A DNA stretch of 64,000 nucleotides from a virus. The stretch is from positions 93,263-157,262 of the IMG/VR virus record IMGVR_UViG_3300031595_000166; one strand, 5' to 3'. The position numbers and the translations under genes were made by a program. The notes beneath the pieces are model-generated. The model had not been told where the DNA came from and did no database searches. It was given only the letters and a program-made list of their open reading frames with translations. Positions within the stretch are counted from its first letter, which is position 1. Each line of letters opens with the position of its first letter. This document shows, in pieces, positions 60,553 through 64,000 of the stretch.

Positions 60553-61416
60553 TTCGGGTTCCTTTTGTTGACAAGCAGGCTGACAAACAATACCAACGAC
60601 AGAACAAACAATCCGTAATACGCACCAGTCATAGCAATGATCCACCAAGCATTATTCAACTTGATGCTAATGAATGTCATTAGAATACTACCAGCAAACC
60701 AAGCTGTTAGCAGAATGCTTCTATCTATAATAGACATATGCTTTGTTATTTCTCTCATAAACAACTCTCTGTCTGAGCATCGTTATGCCCTTCTAATTCA
60801 AGTTCCTTATCCAACTCTTGTTCAATCTTCTGCAACTCAATGCGAAGTTTCTTTTGCTCAATCGATTTTTGAAGTCGAATCGTTTCCTTTTTTTCTCTAC
60901 TAACCTTTTTGTAGGAAGAGATTCTTGCACCTATGTGTATGCAGAATAGAAACAGCTCTGTCATGTGAAGAACTTCCCATGTAAGAACTACTGGCCAGAA
61001 CAAACCATAAACAAAAGAACGTTCCCCATCGTAATCATTATACTTTGCTTTTATATATCCAGCATAGCACGAACCAACAACAGCATAGGTAAATATGCTT
61101 GCTAAGACAATTGATATACTCATGCTATTTCCTCAAAATCAATATCGATACACGGCAACACGAACTCGCCAACAGAATCCAATTGACTATGATGAAAGAT
61201 GGTTCCAACGAGTTTCTTTACTACCTTATTGCCGAGAGTTCCAGTCTCATATTCAGCATTGAATATTGCAGTCGTTGCTCTCCAATGATTGGAGTCAACT
61301 TCGAAGTGTGTGATTTTTACTTCGTGTTTTACTGCACGATGAAGAGCAGAACGAAGCGCTTGTTTCACTCCGAAGTTCGGTGCAATGAAGATATGAACAT
61401 TGTTGATACGCATTGG

Positions 61417-61830
61417 TTATACTGCCACCAACTTATACTTCTTGCCATCAATATCAACTTCTTTGCCATCACAAGGATCGGGTCGCTTGTGTAGTTTTGC
61501 AACTTCAAGTTTCCAATTGGCTTCGGAATAATATTTGTCATTGAGATACCAAGATTTGGTTCCATCAGCACATTCAACAGCAGGACCATCTTCCCGATGA
61601 CGTTTGCCATTGAGATACCAACATTTGCTTCCATCAGCAAACTCAACAGCAGGTAGCGAAACTCCTGTTTCGCTTCTATCTTCTCGATGACATTTGCCAT
61701 TGAGATACCAAGATTTGTATCCATTAGTAAACTCAACAGCAGGTCCATCTTCTCGATGATATTTGCCATTCAGATGCCATTCACGAGTCCCGTTAGAGTA
61801 AACCTTTACAGTGTATTCAATCATTAACAT
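61417..61830 (-). CDS. Family B HREDGPA-repeat protein (type 2 caps)
   Basis: RSETGVSL insert; ends DGKKYKLVAV. Confidence 0.85.
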   Translation of the reverse strand: MLMIEYTVKVYSNGTREWHLNGKYHREDGPAVEFTNGYKSWYLNGKCHREDRSETGVSLPAVEFADGSKCWYLNGKRHREDGPAVECADGTKSWYLNDKYYSEANWKLEVAKLHKRPDPCDGKEVDIDGKKYKLVAV

Positions 61831-62073
61831 TATCCTATACCGAGTATTTCAGTTGAACGATATTCTCTTTGCCATTAGTGTCAATGAGAATTAGCCTTGG
61901 CGTTTCCGTATGAAGAATTGCGGTCGGGCAAGTAAAACCTTTCTTGAACTCACCGATATCAATTAGGAGTTTCACATTTGAAAACACCCAGTGAGTTTCG
62001 CTAATGTCAGTAGGAGAACCAGAATTGTATGAGATGATATTGTTGATTGCTTTCATTGCTTTGTTCCTTGTAT

Positions 62074-62484
62074 TTAGATTGCCGTTAGTTTATACTTCTT
62101 ACCATCAATCTCAACTTCTTTACCATCGCAAGGATCGGGTCGCTTGTGTAGTTTTGCAACTTCAAGTTTCCAATTGGCTTCGGAATAATTCATATTATTG
62201 AGATACCAGTATTTGTCTCCATTAGCATACTCAATAGCAGGTCCGTCTTCCCGATGACGATTGCCATTGAGAAACCAATGTTTGGTTCCATTAGCATACT
62301 CAATAGCAGGACATGTCAATCCCGTTTCGGGATTGATGTCTTCCCGATGACGTTTGCCATTGAGATACCAACATTTGTCTCCATTAGCAAACTCAACAGC
62401 AGGACCATCTTCCCGATGATGTTTGCCATTGAGATACCATTCACGAGTTCCGTTGTCGTGGACTTTTACCTTATATTCAATCAT
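62074..62484 (-). CDS. Family B HREDGPA-repeat protein (type 2 caps)
   Basis: INPETGLTC insert; ends DGKKYKLTAI. Confidence 0.85.
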   Translation of the reverse strand: MIEYKVKVHDNGTREWYLNGKHHREDGPAVEFANGDKCWYLNGKRHREDINPETGLTCPAIEYANGTKHWFLNGNRHREDGPAIEYANGDKYWYLNNMNYSEANWKLEVAKLHKRPDPCDGKEVEIDGKKYKLTAI

Positions 62485-62817
62485 TTTTGAGTGTCCTTCT
62501 TAGTTCCAAACTTTTCTTTGAGTTCATGAACAGCCCAACGAGCAAGTTCATTTCCAATTGTTGTTAGAATTGCAGTTGCAGTCATAACAATGATGTAAGG
62601 GCGCCAACTATCTTTCCAGTCTTCTTGTGGATTGAACATCACTTATGTGATTCCATTGTCTCTTTTGCCAATTCAATCAATCTAACTGGAACGCTTCCGT
62701 CCTCGGCATATAACCCGAGAAAATCACAAACTGCATCGGCAAGCAACTCTACATTACCGTCAAAATTGTTGCAGTTAGCACGCAACCAACCCTTTGCTTT
62801 TCGTTCCTCAACTGGCT

Positions 62818-63759
62818 TCATTGATTACCTTTCTCAATTCTAAACTCAACATCCTTATCATAACTGGCTTTTATGATTTCTTCAAGAGTCTTCTCTGCTT
62901 GTTCAAGCACGAAGCGTTCGACTTCAAAAGTGGATTGAAACCGAGCCCGGCTGACGTCGATGGCGCGGTCGCTGCGCAAAATGTTTGCATCAAAATCAAA
63001 CCAACCATGAGTAGTGAGAACTTCTTTTGCACCACCTAATGGGTTTTTCGTGATGATGTAATTTTTTGAAGATTCAGTCTTATCGCATGGACAATTTACA
63101 TGCCAGACCTTCTTATCACAGACAGGAATGTCCTTTACCTTCTTTGCTGGCTTTGCTTTCTTCGTTCGCTTTGCGATATGAACTCGCCCATCGCTTGGAG
63201 GATTACGAAGACTCTTTACTACTTCGATTGCCTCATCACGATAGAACAATGTTGCATCACTCTTCTTGAATTGCCAACCACCAAGATACTCGTTCCAGTA
63301 TTCGAGTTGCATTACATTCTTGTCGTCCATAATCTCTTGACGGACAACATAATCGCAACCACCTGTATTAGTATACAGATCAGCCAGAGAATACTCATAT
63401 CCATAATCAACGATTGAATTACGCAAGTCTTTAATGATCTCCCTGCGTTCAGTTTCGTTAGTCTCATTATACCATAGATCACACAGAACATAAATGCCAG
63501 CATCCCTAAGCGCGAGTTCAATTACATCATCAATGAAGCCTTCACTTAGACCATTTTCTCGCATAGCACGTTCAATATCATATAGCATTCCATGCTGATG
63601 TTTGTTAGTCTTGAATGTAAGAACATCATCAACCTTCTTGTATATACTACCATTCCACATGATCATATCATCAGTGGAATGAACCACTGGCGGTGGCAAT
63701 AATGTGATTTGTGGCATAGCATTCTCAGGGATCACTAACTTGTATTCTAATTGAGCCAT
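62818..63759 (-). CDS. Hypothetical protein
   Basis: 313-aa ORF downstream of a promoter. Confidence 0.7.
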   Translation of the reverse strand: MAQLEYKLVIPENAMPQITLLPPPVVHSTDDMIMWNGSIYKKVDDVLTFKTNKHQHGMLYDIERAMRENGLSEGFIDDVIELALRDAGIYVLCDLWYNETNETERREIIKDLRNSIVDYGYEYSLADLYTNTGGCDYVVRQEIMDDKNVMQLEYWNEYLGGWQFKKSDATLFYRDEAIEVVKSLRNPPSDGRVHIAKRTKKAKPAKKVKDIPVCDKKVWHVNCPCDKTESSKNYIITKNPLGGAKEVLTTHGWFDFDANILRSDRAIDVSRARFQSTFEVERFVLEQAEKTLEEIIKASYDKDVEFRIEKGNQ

Positions 63760-63788
63760 ATCCTTTACCCTCTTTTCAGACTGCTACC

Positions 63789-63817
63789 AACATAAGCACG
63801 CGCGCACGCACGCGCAA
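63789..63817 (-). promoter_or_regulatory. Sigma70-type promoter (variant)
   Basis: TTGCGC-N17-TATGTT with an almost purely GC spacer. Confidence 0.6.
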
Positions 63818-64000
63818 GTGCCCTGCGTAGGATACCTTACTACATTACGGGCTTGTTCTTCTTACTCATTGTCATTCTTCATCTGCTGATTGTGGCTCAT
63901 CATGGTAAGTGCCATCATCCCATCGATATACACCAGTGTATATAACGAGCTGTCCTTTGTTGTCTGTATCCAACTCGCATGGGGCTACACCACTAACCAG

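Overview
AT-rich (roughly 35-38% GC by eye), gene-dense window. Nearly all genes are on the minus strand, with ATGA stop/start overlaps, Shine-Dalgarno sites, 14 sigma70-type promoters and 4 tRNA genes. It reads as the accessory region of a very large phage infecting a diderm bacterium, possibly a myxobacterium. This is an inference, since no capsid, terminase or polymerase gene lies in the window. Two expanded families dominate: about 37 small CxxC..[CH]xH-GKY zinc-binding units (family A) and 15 HREDGPA beta-hairpin repeat proteins (family B). The main signal is that about 50 proteins from at least three unrelated families, several singletons and one tail-only micro-ORF end in the same helix, [RY]I[ED]KLLLL[KQI]-COOH. 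Its Leu codons vary synonymously, which suggests a shared docking, degron or targeting tag. Other content: (1) a four-gene polysaccharide synthesis/export cluster (TolC-like, HlyD-like, processive GT2, GH16); (2) both glyoxylate-shunt enzymes (aceA, aceB); (3) a tRNA-Leu(CAA) with a group I intron and a C-G splice-site pair; (4) a restriction-modification-like locus; (5) SET-domain, kinase-like, OmpA, SPFH and trypsin-like proteins; (6) two hairpins sharing an anti-Shine-Dalgarno core.
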